Shown: positions 62,001-64,000 of the stretch, piece by piece | How the letters are laid out: each line of letters begins with the position of its first letter | Position numbering within the stretch: the stretch's first letter is position 1 | Origin: Bradymonadia bacterium | GTDB taxonomy: Bacteria; Myxococcota_A; Bradymonadia; UBA7976; UBA1532 | DNA: 64,000 nucleotides | NCBI GenBank assembly: GCA_046290225.1 | Contig: JBKAGE010000079.1 | Location: 1-64,000, forward strand | Direction of reading: 5' to 3' | The notes under the pieces: generated by a model | Seen by the model: the letters and a program-made list of their open reading frames with translations, nothing else | What the model was told of the DNA's origin: nothing | The model's database searches: none | Made by a program: the position numbers and the translations under genes

Positions 62001-64000
62001 ACGCCGACGCTGGGGTGACCCTGAGCTTCGGCCAGGTCGAAGGGGAGGCCTTCCCCCTGACCCGCGTGCGCCTCTTGCCCCACATGCTCTACCCCGGCGA
62101 CGTGCCCGGGGAGATTCAGATCATCGCCCCGAGCCCTCAGGGTGGGGGCGAGATGGTGCTCACCCGCCGCGTGATCCCCCAGGAGGAGATCGTACCCGGG
62201 CAGCCCATCGACCTGGACTTCGCCCCGGTGATGACCCGCGAGTTCAAGGTGCAGCTGCTGGCGCCCCGCGAGCGCTTCGGCCTCACGGCGGTGGCCCTCG
62301 CAGAGGTCTCGGCCTACGAGGCCCTGCCCGGCGGCGGTGCCGCCCGCCTGACCTGGGTGGCCCCTGGCGACGACGGCTTCGAAGGCCTCGCTGAAGAGTA
62401 CGACCTGCGCCGCAGCGACGCCCCCATCGAAGGCGGCGCCTTCGACCAGGCGGAGCCCGTGGGCCCCATCGCCGCACCCCAGCTCGCCGGGGCCCTCGAG
62501 GTCACCGACGTCGGCGGCCTGCCTGAGGGTCGCGACAGCTGGTTCGCTCTGCGCACCCGTGACGACGCGGGCAACTGGAGCGGCGTCTCCGAGACCGTGC
62601 GGGTCTCGGTCCCGGCGATCCCCCCTGGCGGGATCGTCGACCTGCAGGTGGTGGAGACCGGCAAGGACAGCGCCATTCTCAGCTGGACCGCCCCCGGCGA
62701 CGATGGCGACGTGGGCACGGTGACCGACTACGATCTGCGCTTCGCCGAGTCCCCGATCACCGTAGAGAGCTTCCCCGACGCCATGCGCGTCGAGGCACCG
62801 GAGCCCAGCCTCGCTGGCACCCTGGAGCGCGTGCAGGTCTCGGGCCTGCCCTCGGGGCGCACCCTGTACTTCGCCGTGATGGCTCGAGACGAGGTGGGGG
62901 CCTCCTCGGGTCTGTCCAACATCGCCGAGGGCACCACCCGAGAGAGCACGCCGCCTTCGCCGGTGGCTGATCTCACCGCTGGCGCCGGCCCCGAGACCGG
63001 GAGCATCCTGGTGGCCTTCACCGCCTCCGGTGACGACGCCAGCCAGGGCACCGCTGCGGCTTACGACCTGCGCTACGTCATCGGTCAGGAGATGTCCCCC
63101 GAGGGCTTCGAGCAGGCCATCCCCATTCCTCTGAACACCCGGCCTCAGCAGGCCGGCGCCCGGGAGCTGCTCACCCTCGCGGGTCTGCCCGCAGAGACCG
63201 ACATCGCCCTGGCCCTGGTGGTCATCGACGACGCGGGCAACCGCTCGGGCATGTCCAACGTGGCCCCTGTGCGGGTGCCCGGCGCTGCCCCTTCCCAGGT
63301 GAACGATCTGGCCATCGCCCAGGCGGGGGCCAACGATATGGTGGTGCAGTTCACCGCCGTGGGGGACGACGGCTTGGAGGGCACCGCCGCCCGCTACGAC
63401 CTGCGGGTGAGCGCTTCGCCCATCAGCAACGACGGCGACTTCGACCAGGCCCGCTCGGTCCCCGTAGGGGCCGCCAAGCCCGCAGGTGAGCGCATGACCG
63501 TCTCGGTGCCGGGCCTCGACGACGCCACGCTCTACCACTTCGCCGTGGTGGCCTTCGACGACGCAGGCAACCGCAGCCCCTTGTCCAACCTGGCCTCGGG
63601 CTACACCGCCGACGCCACCGCCCCGGAGGCCATCGGCGACCTGCGCGCCCAGGCCCAGCCCAGCGGCACTTCGGCCCTCGAGGCCAGCATCGCCGGTGAC
63701 ACAGACGCATACGGTGAGGCCACCGGCCCCGAGCTGTTGCTCGACGGCAGCAGCCAGAGCGCCTGGATCACCCCTGTTCGGGATGCCGCCTCGGAGGAGT
63801 CGGTGGTCATCGCTGTCCGCGGCGCCGACGGCGGCCTCGCCGAGGTGGCGGGGATTCGCCTGCGGGCCGCTGCGGACTACCCGGACCTGTTCCCCAGCAC
63901 CTTCACCATCGAGGCCCACGACGGCACCGGCGCGGATCCGCTCTCTGCCGACGTGCCTGAAGAGGGCTGGCAGGTGGTGGTGCGCAGCGAGGGCGCCAGC
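59045..64000 (+). CDS. S8 subtilase lipoprotein with multiple FN3 and discoidin (F5/8C)-like domains (3' partial)
   Basis: Translated by hand: MMKHTPRS...LPLIAMVMSGC lipobox; VAVIDTGVD, HGTHCAG, GTSMAAPHV triad; repeated WTAPGDDG..YDLR..D.AGN; no stop seen before the window end; alternative start 59111. Confidence 0.9.
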   Translation, partial: MMKHTPRSIRRRPQGRHLSNLAMTLWSLPLIAMVMSGCTRSNPANGPGDGDFEPDLAAPFIEGELLARFPVGMTREEVQARVEPWGGQVLDGLTSEDLEVMSESTMVHLGGTWRIGLPSGVTVEEGIELLGAEDDLVLAEPNHIVEAVKTPNDPDYNQLYGMEKISAPLAWDVTTGSRDVVVAVIDTGVDYNHPDLADNIWTNPGEIPDNGVDDDGNGYVDDYYGYDFCNNDADPFDDHYHGTHCAGTVAATGDNSRGVPGVAWRASIMSIKFLCGNGSGSSWAAARAIRYAVDNGAVISSNSWGGTGRSSSISSAIDYARERGQLFIAAAGNSNKNMDHTNFYPAGYDHDNIISVAASDSSDRRASFSNYSSSRVDLAAPGVRIRSTIPNNRYGSLSGTSMAAPHVSGAAVLLKARDPEMSYAAVKNHLLESVDPLDNWNGVVATGGRMNVAAALGRVAPKPEAPTGVVASVLDGSRAEVKWQPSPDEGVTTYYVHLYDADGMPMPPLVAIEGRDNTQAVLGPLDAGDYLVAVSALNSVGESAQSQQARFSLVDADPPAQVPDLRVTPLEGDLVAVEGAEADSDFGPDWTVSHLVDDDASTAWAAEPSAAQQPATVVFDLGQVKDVGQVKLRPAAGFPELFPRAFEVAASVDGEQWTTVIREIPEGPNDGGVMGRDPLVEWHPWIIDPVPARMLRLTVTERAEHEGGLFYAVVGDVAFHEQALDSSALLASWTAPGDDGGAGRAASFDLRAAPGLTADGFDAAPKFPTPEPGMAGTRHFATLSGLPGETEIGVAIAARDESGNRGPLSNIAVARTLGVAPGGIDDLEVTADGEAVVLSWTAPADDGRDPASGPVASVRIQVSNSPLDSAHWADSEPLQVSVQPVAPGTRQVVRVENPLEALPQGPRWFFRVRAVDEAALLGPWSNEGALNAPPRFDQSPPGTISFLNGHYVAALSQPVLMAVDGDADRLALLDRDPRTGWMVEADADAGVTLSFGQVEGEAFPLTRVRLLPHMLYPGDVPGEIQIIAPSPQGGGEMVLTRRVIPQEEIVPGQPIDLDFAPVMTREFKVQLLAPRERFGLTAVALAEVSAYEALPGGGAARLTWVAPGDDGFEGLAEEYDLRRSDAPIEGGAFDQAEPVGPIAAPQLAGALEVTDVGGLPEGRDSWFALRTRDDAGNWSGVSETVRVSVPAIPPGGIVDLQVVETGKDSAILSWTAPGDDGDVGTVTDYDLRFAESPITVESFPDAMRVEAPEPSLAGTLERVQVSGLPSGRTLYFAVMARDEVGASSGLSNIAEGTTRESTPPSPVADLTAGAGPETGSILVAFTASGDDASQGTAAAYDLRYVIGQEMSPEGFEQAIPIPLNTRPQQAGARELLTLAGLPAETDIALALVVIDDAGNRSGMSNVAPVRVPGAAPSQVNDLAIAQAGANDMVVQFTAVGDDGLEGTAARYDLRVSASPISNDGDFDQARSVPVGAAKPAGERMTVSVPGLDDATLYHFAVVAFDDAGNRSPLSNLASGYTADATAPEAIGDLRAQAQPSGTSALEASIAGDTDAYGEATGPELLLDGSSQSAWITPVRDAASEESVVIAVRGADGGLAEVAGIRLRAAADYPDLFPSTFTIEAHDGTGADPLSADVPEEGWQVVVRSEGAS

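Overview
GC-rich bacterial window, by gene content most like a Myxococcota/Bradymonadia-type predatory deltaproteobacterium (MYXO-CTERM-like tails, Hanks kinases, PEGA, Cys/Asp-rich repeat lipoproteins). I count about 38 real CDSs; most long ORFs in the track are antisense shadows. Scattered housekeeping genes (leuB-like, gcvP, ung, hemJ-like, cyclophilin, KirBac, bestrophin, HscC with a J-domain partner) sit among many secreted, repeat-rich lipoproteins: S1 and S8 proteases, three CXXCH lipoproteins, vWA and FGE-domain repeat proteins and a possible BPI/LBP-fold protein. Two loci stand out. (1) A tandem pair of HSP90/GHKL-fold proteins, one with intact ATPase motifs and one degenerate (32211-37612). 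(2) A minus-strand run (49472-37596) in which a signal-peptide-less peptidoglycan amidase with a WHIX-like (WHxxxH...HHP) region lies between a vWA-TM-Zn-ribbon-FHA protein and two large surface repeat proteins, a candidate contact-dependent lysis module. Also seen: a structured non-coding stretch at ~330-520, a clear promoter/operator at ~49504-49532, and a >1600-aa S8 protease missing from the ORF track because it runs off the window. No rRNA, tRNA, CRISPR array or transposase was found. All calls come from motif reading by eye; no database searches were run.
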